IMG/VR virus record: IMGVR_UViG_3300025309_000012
Reading direction: 5' to 3' (one strand)
Origin: an uncultured virus (IMG/VR IMGVR_UViG_3300025309_000012)
Lineage: Duplodnaviria; Heunggongvirae; Uroviricota; Caudoviricetes
DNA: 64,000 bases
The position numbers and the translations under genes were made by a program. Below the pieces are notes generated by a model. It was not told the origin of the DNA and ran no database searches. It saw only the letters and a list, made by a program, of their open reading frames with translations. This document shows positions 37,165 through 47,583 of this stretch, piece after piece. Within the stretch, counting starts at the first letter, position 1. Every line of letters starts with the position of its first letter.

Positions 37165-39630
37165 TTAATCCTCAAATTCAATTATACCCTTAGCTTTTTT
37201 AATTCTATCTTCCACTAAATCAGAAAGATCGATCTCATCAAATGTCTTTTTAACTTTATCAACAAATATATCTTTTATTTGAATAGCATCAAAGTCAAAT
37301 TCGACTTCTGATTTTTTAACCGGGATTTCTATTTCTATAAAATCAATGCTTTTTGTCTCTATATTATTGCCAATATCTTTTTTCTTATCTACGTTCTTTA
37401 AATCTTGAATTAAGCATCTTTGCTCTTTCATTTGTTCTAAAGACTGAATTAGAGCTTCTTCAATACTAATTCCATCATCTTCAGCAATCATTTTAGCAAA
37501 TTCTACTAATTCTTTTAAATGAGCGCCAGAATATCCATCTGTTAATTTAGCAAACTCAGTTATAATATCCTTATCGGCATCTTTTATAAAAAACTTTAAT
37601 AGTTTTATTCTGTTATCTTCATCTGGAAGTGAAAAATTTATAATATGATGAAACCTACCAGGCCTATCAATCAATGCGTCTGGAATATCTTCTGGGAAAT
37701 TTGAAGTTAAAATAGTTAGAACACCTTTATTTTCCCTTATCCCATCCATTTCAGTTTTTAACAAATCAACAGTATAGCCACTAAGCCATGTATCAATATC
37801 TTCTAAAAAGAAAACACTAGGCGCAAGAGTTCTAGCCATTTCAAAGCCAATGCCTAAAGCACTAGCAGCTCCCCAGCCAAAATCTTTAGATGAAGCCCAG
37901 ATAAAAGTCGTATCTGCTTTATTCATCAAAATCTTCCCAGTTAATGTTTTGCCCGTACCTGGGGAACCAATAAACATCATTCCACGACTAGGAGACTTTG
38001 TAGATAATTTTTCAATATTCTTCTTAATTTTATCCTTTGCTTCATCATTTGGGAAAATGACATCATCCCATCCTATTTCCTTAACCTCAAGAAATTCTCC
38101 ACCAATAGAAAATTTTTCACCTTTAAGATAATTATTCTCATCAACCCATTTTATAGCATCTCTGACAAACGATTTATTTAATTCAATATTTTTATTAGAA
38201 GTAAAAATATCAATACTTAAACCACCCCAATTTTTATAAATTTGAAAAACAAACCTATCACCATCATTTGATTTATAAAATTGAGTTCCAGTTACTAAAA
38301 ACTCTTCTTCTAATTTTGAATTCAATTTCACAACAGAATGCTGCAATGGGATTTCAGATCCATTACCATAAAAATTTCTTTGATCAAGGAGTTCATGCTT
38401 AGACAAAACATTCTTAAATGCAGAAAGAAAATTGCCTTTCATAGCATTCGGGATAAAAAAATCTGTAGTGAAAATATCTTTTATTTTACACCCCAAATAT
38501 TTCGTAAAAATTTTATATTCAAATCCTGCCGGTTCTGTCCTTACTTGAGTAATATCAAAATCATTGACATATTCTTTTTTTATTTTTTCTAAATCAACAT
38601 TTTTTACTTTTAAAGAATTGAAAAATTTAATTCTTGCATCTATTACATCTGTTTCCTTTTTAATCTCTACTTCCTGTTTCTCTTTATTAAAATCATCCAA
38701 TTCTTTTTCAATGATTATGTCTATGTCTATCTCTGATTCTGATTCTTTAACATCCTCTAATTCCTGATCTTTCTCAATTAAAGTTTCATCAATATCCACA
38801 TTATCGGAAATTAACTCCCCTTCCGGTTCATTAATAACGACAGTTTTTTCAATTATTTCTTTATCGGAATCTTTAGTTACGTCTTCATTATTTTCTTTAC
38901 TGCTAATAAATTCTATATCAACATACCAATTGCCCATTTTTTTGATATCTTCTTTTTCCTTACTTATGAAGTCATCACCAGCCAATAATCCAAAAACTTC
39001 ATCAGGGATATTTATTTCTTTAACTATTTCTTCTTTTTTCTTTTCTAAATCAACAAACCCAACAATTTTTGCTTTCTCATTATCTTGGTCAATTTCATTT
39101 ACAAAATCAACAATAGATTTTGTAGTAATCTCTCCATTAGCCACTCTTTCTACTAATGCTGAGTAATGGTCCGGCACTACAACAGCTGATATTTCCAAAA
39201 GTTCAACTTTTTTAAAAACCCTATCAGGGATTTTGCCGCCTCTAGTATATTTTTTTATTTCAACTTCATTCATATCATCTTTATATAAAATTTCTTTAGG
39301 AATAAAGCCTACAGAAAATGCATTCATAACTCCGCTAGAGTATAACTTGTAAAAAGTTTCTCCTTCTTCAGTTTCAGCAAACTTAACCTTGAATTTTAAT
39401 CCCTGACCAGGATAGACTTTAGTCCAAGCTGCCCTACCAATAGGAGGTCTATCATATTTATGGAAAGCGGGGATGACAGGATTTTCTATAAAATTTTCTA
39501 ATTCCCAAGCATTATCATCAATTAAATCTCCACTTCTATCTATAGAATCTGATTTATTCGCATAAGCAACTACAGATTTTTCTACCTCATTCACTTCTTT
39601 TTGAAAAATATTTTTAAATAACTTTTCCAT
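37165..39630 (-). CDS. HK97-type prohead protease fused to an AAA+ ATPase
   Basis: DRSGD, NPVI..H...PIG, FSVGF, LLEIS.V; then GSPGTGKT, FLEDID, TSN, DRPGRF, GYSGAHL. Confidence 0.85.
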   Translation of the reverse strand: MEKLFKNIFQKEVNEVEKSVVAYANKSDSIDRSGDLIDDNAWELENFIENPVIPAFHKYDRPPIGRAAWTKVYPGQGLKFKVKFAETEEGETFYKLYSSGVMNAFSVGFIPKEILYKDDMNEVEIKKYTRGGKIPDRVFKKVELLEISAVVVPDHYSALVERVANGEITTKSIVDFVNEIDQDNEKAKIVGFVDLEKKKEEIVKEINIPDEVFGLLAGDDFISKEKEDIKKMGNWYVDIEFISSKENNEDVTKDSDKEIIEKTVVINEPEGELISDNVDIDETLIEKDQELEDVKESESEIDIDIIIEKELDDFNKEKQEVEIKKETDVIDARIKFFNSLKVKNVDLEKIKKEYVNDFDITQVRTEPAGFEYKIFTKYLGCKIKDIFTTDFFIPNAMKGNFLSAFKNVLSKHELLDQRNFYGNGSEIPLQHSVVKLNSKLEEEFLVTGTQFYKSNDGDRFVFQIYKNWGGLSIDIFTSNKNIELNKSFVRDAIKWVDENNYLKGEKFSIGGEFLEVKEIGWDDVIFPNDEAKDKIKKNIEKLSTKSPSRGMMFIGSPGTGKTLTGKILMNKADTTFIWASSKDFGWGAASALGIGFEMARTLAPSVFFLEDIDTWLSGYTVDLLKTEMDGIRENKGVLTILTSNFPEDIPDALIDRPGRFHHIINFSLPDEDNRIKLLKFFIKDADKDIITEFAKLTDGYSGAHLKELVEFAKMIAEDDGISIEEALIQSLEQMKEQRCLIQDLKNVDKKKDIGNNIETKSIDFIEIEIPVKKSEVEFDFDAIQIKDIFVDKVKKTFDEIDLSDLVEDRIKKAKGIIEFED

Positions 39631-40468
39631 TATATAATCCCTCTAAAAAATCTTTTTTAAATTTATAAAATTGTTCCGGCGTAGTTATTTTACCATATAT
39701 TTTATGGAATAATTTATGTTCATCATTGTTTAATGTCACAACATTATTAATATCAAATAAAATATTTTTAAATTTTATCCAATTGTCTTTATTAATATTA
39801 TTTTCTCTAATTATTGTTGACAAAGATTTTAAATGATGATGGATTAATTTGCTCCTATTATTTTTATTCAATATAATTGATTTATATTCATCTCTTTTAA
39901 AACACCTTTCTCTATTTTTAATATAACCAGAAGACTTCCTTATTAAATCTTGCAAAGATGTTAACCCGCCCTTCCATTGTGGACTATTTTCTTTAATATA
40001 CTTACCAACCCTAGCACAATCTGTACATTTTTTAGAACAATATTTTCTTTTACTTCCACGCCTGTATAAATTCAGCATCCGTTTATTAAAAATTTTATAT
40101 TCTTTGCCACAATATTCACAAATTAAAAATATTGTTGAGACATCTTTTTTATTATTATCATAACATATACGAGAACAATACTTTTGATTAGATTTATTAC
40201 TTTTGGGTTTATACGTCTTACCACAATATTCACAAATTTTATTTTCTATAAATATTTTATCGAAGGCATAACAATAATGAGAACAATATTTCCTTCCATC
40301 TTTTATTTCAGAATTCCTTGCTTTATAGGCTATACCGCAATATCCACAAATAAGGCAAACACTATTATTTTTAATAGATTTTTTATTTTTACAAATAGAA
40401 GAACAATATTTTTTTCTTTTGATACTAGTTTCAAATTCTATAGAACAAAATTCACATTTTTTAATCAT
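39614..40468 (-). CDS. HNH-like endonuclease with four tandem CxxC...YCS..C zinc-ribbon repeats
   Basis: repeats, SPQWKGG, KRDEY, HH, NN.VTL...H..FH..YG. Confidence 0.7.
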   Translation of the reverse strand: MIKKCEFCSIEFETSIKRKKYCSSICKNKKSIKNNSVCLICGYCGIAYKARNSEIKDGRKYCSHYCYAFDKIFIENKICEYCGKTYKPKSNKSNQKYCSRICYDNNKKDVSTIFLICEYCGKEYKIFNKRMLNLYRRGSKRKYCSKKCTDCARVGKYIKENSPQWKGGLTSLQDLIRKSSGYIKNRERCFKRDEYKSIILNKNNRSKLIHHHLKSLSTIIRENNINKDNWIKFKNILFDINNVVTLNNDEHKLFHKIYGKITTPEQFYKFKKDFLEGLYNGKVI

Positions 40469-40686
40469 AATAAATTCTTCTCATTCAATCACACCAATAA
40501 TTACATTGGATAAGAAATTTATTATCGCCAATTTTTTTTATTACAGAACCGTCATCAATCCCCATACATTTACATTCTTTGTTCGCTATACATTTCAATT
40601 TAGTTTTATCATGATTATATCTTGGACAAAATTCATAATTTTCTGGGATTAGCTGATTTTTATTGTTTTGTACTGCACGAACAAGA

Positions 40687-41463
40687 TTAATCATGATATT
40701 CCTTTTTTAATTTTTCCAATGAATAGGTTTGGGTGTCAAATCTCCCTTCTTTAAATGAATCGAGTAAAACCAAGCCTTTCCAATATTCAGTAATTCTGCC
40801 GTGTACATAATCTTCATGTTTTTCAAAAAAACAACCTACACTTAATATTTGTTGTAAATCATCTTGCCCATGCCTTTTAAAACCTTCATACTCCATACTG
40901 TGAACATGAGCAAAGACACAACTCGTAAACATTAATTGGCTAACTTTTTTTGTAATATTCACCCCACAAACTTCTTTTGTTTTATTAAATGGAATATGTG
41001 TAAAATTTATTTTATTTATATTTAAATATTCTCTGTAAGGAATAAATTTTATATTCCTTTCTTTTAATTTTAGATCTTTTTCTATACTTACTAGACCTTC
41101 AAAAGTTGGATCATATTCTAAATATCTGTTGAGACGATTTCCATGATTACCGTTAAGATAATAAACATTTGGTCTATATATTTTTAATTTTTGCAATCTT
41201 TGCTTTTCTTGTAATTCTAAAAGTTCATAAAATATAATATCTAAAGCTTCGTTCCCTTTATCTATTTCTTTTTTATATCTTTTACCTTCCATTCTTTGTC
41301 GTTTATCTTTATCAAAAAATGACAAACAACTCATTGTTAAAAAATCACCCATAAAAATAATAACATCTGGTTTTTTATCTATAATAAATTTACTTAACAA
41401 CTTAAACCTACTTAAATCATCAAGTTCATCTATATGACAATCACCTATTGGCAATATTAACAA
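40687..41463 (-). CDS. calcineurin-like metallophosphoesterase
   Basis: GDCH, MGDF, GNH, AHVH. Confidence 0.8.
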   Translation of the reverse strand: MLILPIGDCHIDELDDLSRFKLLSKFIIDKKPDVIIFMGDFLTMSCLSFFDKDKRQRMEGKRYKKEIDKGNEALDIIFYELLELQEKQRLQKLKIYRPNVYYLNGNHGNRLNRYLEYDPTFEGLVSIEKDLKLKERNIKFIPYREYLNINKINFTHIPFNKTKEVCGVNITKKVSQLMFTSCVFAHVHSMEYEGFKRHGQDDLQQILSVGCFFEKHEDYVHGRITEYWKGLVLLDSFKEGRFDTQTYSLEKLKKEYHD

Positions 41464-41534
41464 TTATTATCCTCTAATTAAATTATTAAAATAAAATCAG
41501 TTGCAAAAATGCGAATGCTATTGTTGCTGTCACC

Positions 41535-43361
41535 TTATTTAAACCTTACCGAACCTGCGCCTTCTTTAGACCTTACCGAACCAACAGACTCAGTTGATGC
41601 CACAATGCTGAAACTCGCTTCCGTGCTTGTTGCGTTTGCGTTGCCAGAACCATCAATACACCTGATGTAATAAGTGTATGCCGCGTTGCAATCCAGGTTT
41701 ACGAGGCTTGTGGTGTGTGTAGTTCCCCCGCCACCTGAGAAAGTAAAATCCATATCGGCGTAGGCTTCATCGGTAAGGCTTCCTTTGCAGGTGGCAGACT
41801 CATCTGTTGTCGCGCCAAGCACTTTGGTTGTTGGGTCCGAGGGGCAGGATAGTTCTCCGGTAAGCGTAACGCCAGAGATAACCGGCGGGTCAAGGTGTGT
41901 GATGGTGATAACCGGGCTCGCAACGATGGCTGCAGATCCGGTGAGGATTGAGGCCGGGATTGTTGCTGTTATCGTCTCATCTGCTGAGACGTCATAAGCA
42001 TCTACTTTTACAATTAGAGTTATCTGCGTATCACTGTTACGGATGCAGTCAGCGTACGTCCAGTTTGCTTCATCATCCCAACTGCCTGCCCCAGACAATG
42101 AGCCGTTGAAACCAGCCAGTAATGCGGTAGTGGCTGCGTTATCAGCACAAGCCGTCGCAATAAAGGTGTCGCCATCCAACGTGATGATTATTGTCTGGTC
42201 ATCTCCGGCAAGCTCTGTTTCAGTTACTCCGCCTGTTACGGCTGTGCCTGTGAGTGTTGCGTTTACCCCTAACATGGCAAAATATGTAGGCCCTATACGA
42301 CTGCCATCAATAATAAAATCATCGACATAGTAGGCCATATCCAAGGCTTCCGAAATTTCTCTGATAAGAAACGAATGGTTGCCACCAAAGAAAAACTTAT
42401 TATAATTGTAGTCCTGGCCTGCCTCAACTACAACTCCGTCTGTTTTTGTAAATATTTTTGTAACATTCCCTTCAGCATCGTACAACCACATTTCAGAGAC
42501 AGCATCGGCATTCCCTGCCGTTCCTGTGGTTTGATGGAATTCTATCCCAAACCACTGCTCATTGCCGATAGCTGTCCCCAAAAACGGCTTAATGCTATAC
42601 GCAGTGCCTCCACCGTCTACGGCATCATATGCCTCGTACAGCAGGTCATTATTCCAGTCTGCATCATAAGCCGAATCGAGACGGAGGCCTGGTTTGAAAA
42701 ATAACTCATACCCGTAGGTTGCTCCTGTTTTTATGTCCGGCAAATAATGTGATTGCCCATAAACCTGGCCTTGCCCATCTGCCTGAGCGTATTCGTCATA
42801 TATTGAACTGGCTGAGTATGCCCCAGCCACAAGAGTGTTAAATTTGTAATAACTCCAATACCCGGTGAAATTTCCGCTTTCATCCCTGTAAGGGAAATGG
42901 TTGTAGGGCATCTTCACCATATAGAAAATATAAATGTCATCATAACCAGAATCTATGGTCCCTGATGTTGCATACCCATCACCAAGCGTGAAGTACAAGC
43001 CGAACCTGGAAGGTCCTTTGTGGTCAACCGTGCCTTGTTGGGATAGATCAAGCCGTAACGACTTACCTGTGCCCTGCCAAACATTTGCTGCCCCATGATT
43101 TGCAATCCAATCATAGGTGCTATCGGTGCTTGACTGGTAATAATACATGTTCCAGATTGAAGCTGAATTATCTGCTGATTTAGTTGGCAAATTATTAAAA
43201 TAATACCCAACTCCTGTTGATGTTCCACTCCAGTCATTAAGCTGGTCGAAAGTCTCTACAATATCAAAACCGGCACCTTCAAGATCTGACTGCCAATCAG
43301 CCACAGCCTGGACCGGCAAGGCCAATATGATGAAAAGCAAAAACTTAATAGCCACTTGCAT
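41535..43361 (-). CDS. secreted acidic protein with a lectin/lyase-like beta-sandwich and Ig-like C-terminus
   Basis: signal peptide KFLLFIILALPVQAVA; WFGIEFH, YYVDDFII; probable start at 43361. Confidence 0.55.
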   Translation of the reverse strand: MQVAIKFLLFIILALPVQAVADWQSDLEGAGFDIVETFDQLNDWSGTSTGVGYYFNNLPTKSADNSASIWNMYYYQSSTDSTYDWIANHGAANVWQGTGKSLRLDLSQQGTVDHKGPSRFGLYFTLGDGYATSGTIDSGYDDIYIFYMVKMPYNHFPYRDESGNFTGYWSYYKFNTLVAGAYSASSIYDEYAQADGQGQVYGQSHYLPDIKTGATYGYELFFKPGLRLDSAYDADWNNDLLYEAYDAVDGGGTAYSIKPFLGTAIGNEQWFGIEFHQTTGTAGNADAVSEMWLYDAEGNVTKIFTKTDGVVVEAGQDYNYNKFFFGGNHSFLIREISEALDMAYYVDDFIIDGSRIGPTYFAMLGVNATLTGTAVTGGVTETELAGDDQTIIITLDGDTFIATACADNAATTALLAGFNGSLSGAGSWDDEANWTYADCIRNSDTQITLIVKVDAYDVSADETITATIPASILTGSAAIVASPVITITHLDPPVISGVTLTGELSCPSDPTTKVLGATTDESATCKGSLTDEAYADMDFTFSGGGGTTHTTSLVNLDCNAAYTYYIRCIDGSGNANATSTEASFSIVASTESVGSVRSKEGAGSVRFK

Positions 43362-44115
43362 TATACACCTTCCCGTTGTCAATATATCCATCAGAGGTTA
43401 AAACTGTAGCGCTAGCCCCGCCCCATGCAAACACGGTGTTAGAACCAGTAGACGCGGCAGGGTCGTTGTCTGCTTCCGCAGTAACACAGTTGGTTGTGCC
43501 GTCAGCGTCACAAGTTTTTACATACATGTCATTTCCTGCCGCCGTCTCTTCTATCCACCCAGCTTCAAAATAAAACCACTCGCCTTCCGCACGGCCACTG
43601 CTGGCAGGGATGTTTACTGTATCCGCTGTACCGCCCCCGGTATGTGTGAGCAAAAGAAGGATATCAGCGGCATCACCTAGCGATGCAAAAGACAAAAATA
43701 CCCGGTTTGATGTATCCAAAACGTTGTACCATATGTACTGCGCATCAGCATACATCCCAGTGCCAACATAACACCTGCCAGAAATTTTCCCGTCTGAAAC
43801 AAGATCAGTTGCAGTTGTAAACTCGGCCCTGGAGCTTGCCCCATCACCATGGATTGCTGATGCGCCGTCATAGAATTGATCGGTCGTTCTTGCTGCGCCA
43901 CTCTGATAAGTGGGAGATGTATCTTCCGTCGAGCACCCGGCAGGAGTTCCGGTTGTTACGTCATCCGTCTCCATGTGCCAGGAGTGGATCAGTGTCCCGG
44001 TACAGGAGTCTCCGGCAGTGGCAGTCTCATTTACATTGTTTTCCCCGCCCGGACCCCAGGCAAAGGCCTGAAACGGTGCGAGAAGAAGTGCAAGAAATAA
44101 AAACCGCTTTATCAT
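43345..44115 (-). CDS. secreted LamG/ConA-like protein
   Basis: signal peptide MIKRFLFLALLLAPFQAFA; GEWFYF..W, GYIDN.KVYN. Confidence 0.55.
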   Translation of the reverse strand: MIKRFLFLALLLAPFQAFAWGPGGENNVNETATAGDSCTGTLIHSWHMETDDVTTGTPAGCSTEDTSPTYQSGAARTTDQFYDGASAIHGDGASSRAEFTTATDLVSDGKISGRCYVGTGMYADAQYIWYNVLDTSNRVFLSFASLGDAADILLLLTHTGGGTADTVNIPASSGRAEGEWFYFEAGWIEETAAGNDMYVKTCDADGTTNCVTAEADNDPAASTGSNTVFAWGGASATVLTSDGYIDNGKVYNASGY

Positions 44116-45131
44116 GAAGCACCCCCATCAACCCAGGTTCCGCTGCGGCCATTGGTATTGGCCTTCGTGGTTGACCGGTTGTGGATGCAGATAAAATTCC
44201 CAGCTGCTCCGGGGCTGTCAAGTTCGTACCCAGCTCCGGCAAGAGCGGCACCATCCAGGTAAATTGTCATGCCGTCAGATTGAGGGTCAATCTTCACAAC
44301 ATTGGCACCGTCAGAATAGACACACCCTGAATAGTCAGCGATCGCCGGCCAGAGTATTGTTGTGGCCGCATTGATGTACCACCACGATCCAGACTGAAGA
44401 GGACCGGGGGCAAGCTTCCATACGTCCCCATCGTCCCAGTTATTATCGGTTCCACCTGTCAAAGTACCGACCAAAGTCGTGCCTGCATTATCTATAACCG
44501 GCGCGACTGACCCATCGGTTACGTTGTAAACCGTCATGCCTATGCAGCCGTCAACCGGCAGTGACTCGCTGGAATCGGTCATAAAAGCAGCATCGGCACC
44601 ACCATCATGCACGCCCTCGGTGGTGGTCAAAGAAAAGCTTTTCGTATGGCCGTTGATTGTTCCGCTGCTTTCGACGACCATGTCATTAGAAAAAGAGACT
44701 GCGACATTTGAAAGATCCAGTGTTGCAAGTGCCTCAATCCAGCCCTGCACCTTCGTCGCCATGTAAGTTGCAAAGTCAGTCAGGGCAACCTGCACCATCG
44801 TGCCGTTGTCGTTTACTACGGCCCGGTCAGCATCGACAAGCGTGGTGGCTGTTGCGGCTGTATCGCCATCAGATGTGGCTGTAAGCTCGGTTGCGGACGG
44901 TGTCATGTTGGTTATCCCAGACACGGTTAATGCAAACGGCGCATATACATCCTCGCCGATCAATGCCTGAATCTCTGCCGAGGTGTCCACGGTTGGATCT
45001 TGCTCTGTTGCCGCGTTCGTGCCGCCCTTATTGGCGTCCTGATAGCCGTTGTTGTCAGCGTCAAGCTCAACCGCTAAGGCTTTCCAGGGAATCAGCAGAA
45101 CAAGTGCCGCTATCAATAGAATTTTATTCAT
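44112..45131 (-). CDS. secreted Thr/Asp-rich fibre-like protein
   Basis: signal peptide MNKILLIAALVLLIPWKALA; VYNVTDGS, LTGGTDNNWDDGD. Confidence 0.55.
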   Translation of the reverse strand: MNKILLIAALVLLIPWKALAVELDADNNGYQDANKGGTNAATEQDPTVDTSAEIQALIGEDVYAPFALTVSGITNMTPSATELTATSDGDTAATATTLVDADRAVVNDNGTMVQVALTDFATYMATKVQGWIEALATLDLSNVAVSFSNDMVVESSGTINGHTKSFSLTTTEGVHDGGADAAFMTDSSESLPVDGCIGMTVYNVTDGSVAPVIDNAGTTLVGTLTGGTDNNWDDGDVWKLAPGPLQSGSWWYINAATTILWPAIADYSGCVYSDGANVVKIDPQSDGMTIYLDGAALAGAGYELDSPGAAGNFICIHNRSTTKANTNGRSGTWVDGGAS

Positions 45132-45142
45132 TTGTCATCTCC

Positions 45143-46780
45143 TTACCATGTAGCGGTTTCACCGCCGAAAGTTGCTGATTCACCACCAAAAGTTACTAGC
45201 TCGATATGCAATCTACCCCCACCCAACGAATAACTGTCAGGTGTCCCCAGAAACCACAGGGGCGGCGGCATTGTCATGCCTTTGCACAACTCGTATGCGC
45301 CGATTGGCTCGCCAGACCCGCAATAGATATTGTCGTGGGCGGTGCCGGCGTCAAAGAGCGATTTGAGGCGGGGACGGCCTTGAGTGTCGAGGAGGGGATT
45401 GTCGGTTAAGTCGGTGGCGTCGAGCGTTATGTCATTGTCAGGTGCATTGTAAACAAGGTTGTCGTGCTCCACAGCGACAGATCCCGCGCTTGTTTCAAAC
45501 CCTTTGCTTGTCGGGCTGTCACAGAGGTTATTAATCCACGTAGTGGTATTGCCTATGTTGTCACCGTCAGCTTGACTAAAGCAAACATTTGGGGAAATAA
45601 CAGTGTTGCCAATCCATCGATTCCCACTACTCTCGTTGCTAGCGTTCCTCAACCCCATGCCGCTTGAACCACTTACGAGATTATGCTCTACAAGGTTTCC
45701 AGTTCCTTTGAAAATGCTTATGCCCCGCCCCCCGCAAGCCGCGTTGGTGTTTTTAATAATATTTCTGGCGACATAATTGCCTGTTGACAACAGTGTGTCA
45801 TCGGTGTTCGACCAATCCAAGATAATGCCACATCCGTCGCAACTTGCCGTGTCAACACTATCAATCCTGTTATCGATTACGTCAACCTCGTTAATCCAAT
45901 GGAGCTGAAGGCAATTTACCATTGGGTAGTCCGAGTCACCACATTGTCCTACATGATTATCCTCTATTGTGCTGGCTAAAGTTGCACCGTTGATGCCACC
46001 AGGAAGACCCATAAACGGTCCCCGTGTGTGGTCAACATCATTCCTCGCAACAGTCAATCCTTCGACTCTATGCCCTCCGCTCCAGACATCTGCGTCAGCG
46101 GTGCCGAATATGAAATTTTTGAGGTAGTCGCCAATGTTATCGGTAATGGAGATATTATACGGGTGTTTCGCATTTGCTCCCGCCTGCGCCATCCTGATCC
46201 CTTCCATTGTCCCATTGCTGCGAAAATCATTGTGGTGAAAATTTATGTTGTAGGAATCAGCGGTTGACGTGTAGATATCAAGGCATGTCTGGGATGTGTC
46301 CGAATCGCAAATAATATTCTTCACTTCAACATCATGTTGCCCGAAAAAGTACACTATGCGCCCGAGAGCGGCGCCGCCCGCAAACGTCAGAGTGCCGAGG
46401 CCGTCAATTTGATAGCACCCTCTACCAGCTACCCCAAAAAGAAATCCTTGCGTTGCGGAGTAAGACAAAACCGGTGCATCCCCAAAAGCTGGCGCAAAAT
46501 AATACAGCGCATCCGATGTGCCGGTGGCCCTGACGATAAGCTGCCCGTCAATGGGGCCAGCATCGTCGCAAAAGTAAATTGTATCACCCGGGGTCATATC
46601 CGCGGCGTCTGTTCCCCAGTTATCTTGCGCGGAAAACCAAGACTCATCATGGGCAGTAGCACAACTTGTACCTGAATCATCGCCTTGAGTTGCCCCAGCA
46701 ATGTAGACGCCCTTCGCCCCCGCCACGGACGGCATGGCCAACATGAGGGACAGAAGCAGGGCTAGAATTTTCTTGATCAT
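45143..46780 (-). CDS. secreted right-handed parallel beta-helix protein
   Basis: signal peptide MIKKILALLLSLMLAMPSVAGA; D.G.SC..A, PGDTIY, Asn-ladder repeats. Confidence 0.65.
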   Translation of the reverse strand: MIKKILALLLSLMLAMPSVAGAKGVYIAGATQGDDSGTSCATAHDESWFSAQDNWGTDAADMTPGDTIYFCDDAGPIDGQLIVRATGTSDALYYFAPAFGDAPVLSYSATQGFLFGVAGRGCYQIDGLGTLTFAGGAALGRIVYFFGQHDVEVKNIICDSDTSQTCLDIYTSTADSYNINFHHNDFRSNGTMEGIRMAQAGANAKHPYNISITDNIGDYLKNFIFGTADADVWSGGHRVEGLTVARNDVDHTRGPFMGLPGGINGATLASTIEDNHVGQCGDSDYPMVNCLQLHWINEVDVIDNRIDSVDTASCDGCGIILDWSNTDDTLLSTGNYVARNIIKNTNAACGGRGISIFKGTGNLVEHNLVSGSSGMGLRNASNESSGNRWIGNTVISPNVCFSQADGDNIGNTTTWINNLCDSPTSKGFETSAGSVAVEHDNLVYNAPDNDITLDATDLTDNPLLDTQGRPRLKSLFDAGTAHDNIYCGSGEPIGAYELCKGMTMPPPLWFLGTPDSYSLGGGRLHIELVTFGGESATFGGETATW

Positions 46781-47106
46781 TTTACCCTCGTTAACGTGAA
46801 CTCAAATCTTTCAATCCCGCCTTTGTACAAAATACCCCTGAATGTGCCGTCATCCTGCTCTTCAACAACATCGATAATGTCACAGAAAAATTCATGGTTT
46901 TTCGGGTGGTTATAGTCAAGGCAGTATTTTTCCCCGTTCGTGCTCACGTAGAAATGCGCCCCCTCAATCCCCACGGCCCGGTTGAATCCCTCGCCGTCCT
47001 TGATGATCTTGTGGTCGCCAAGCGGGTTGAAAATGCTTGCCCAGCCGTGACAGGTCACTGCCCATTCGCCGTCAAGATTCATAATATTATCAACCCAAAA
47101 GTTCAT
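46777..47106 (-). CDS. hypothetical protein, first gene of the GC-rich cassette
   Basis: 109 aa ORF overlapping the next start. Confidence 0.5.
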   Translation of the reverse strand: MNFWVDNIMNLDGEWAVTCHGWASIFNPLGDHKIIKDGEGFNRAVGIEGAHFYVSTNGEKYCLDYNHPKNHEFFCDIIDVVEEQDDGTFRGILYKGGIERFEFTLTRVK

Positions 47107-47109
47107 ATA

Positions 47110-47577
47110 TTAAAGCAAAGTAATAATAATTGTCCCAGTAGCACTAACACCACTATTTGACGCAATATCAAGTTGTAATGTAGTTGGGCTTCCAATTGGA
47201 TAATTAGCGTTATTACTGTCAATCATTGAATATTTTTCAATAGTATCACTCGTATCTATATTAGATAAAGCAGTCCCAAATACATCTACTCCAGCATCAT
47301 CTTTTAATGTTATATCAGCAACACCAGTCGTTACAGGAGTAGAGCCGGGTATATGCCTTATCTTTAAAATAAATCCATAATATCTACTTACAGAAATCCG
47401 TGTCGCAGTAGATAAAGACCCATCAGCAGCAGTTTCATACTCTATTGTTAGTGTTCTTAACCCAGACATTGTACTTTTTGATACAGAAAATGTTACAAGT
47501 TCTGCACAATAAACATTAATTGGGACAAATAAAAACAAAAACAAAAAAACCAATCTTTTAACCATCTTATCCTCCAA
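47110..47577 (-). CDS. putative secreted/virion protein
   Basis: KRLVFLFLFLFVPINVYC hydrophobic leader; DITLKDDAGVDV. Confidence 0.5.
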   Translation of the reverse strand: MEDKMVKRLVFLFLFLFVPINVYCAELVTFSVSKSTMSGLRTLTIEYETAADGSLSTATRISVSRYYGFILKIRHIPGSTPVTTGVADITLKDDAGVDVFGTALSNIDTSDTIEKYSMIDSNNANYPIGSPTTLQLDIASNSGVSATGTIIITLL

Positions 47578-47583
47578 CTATTG

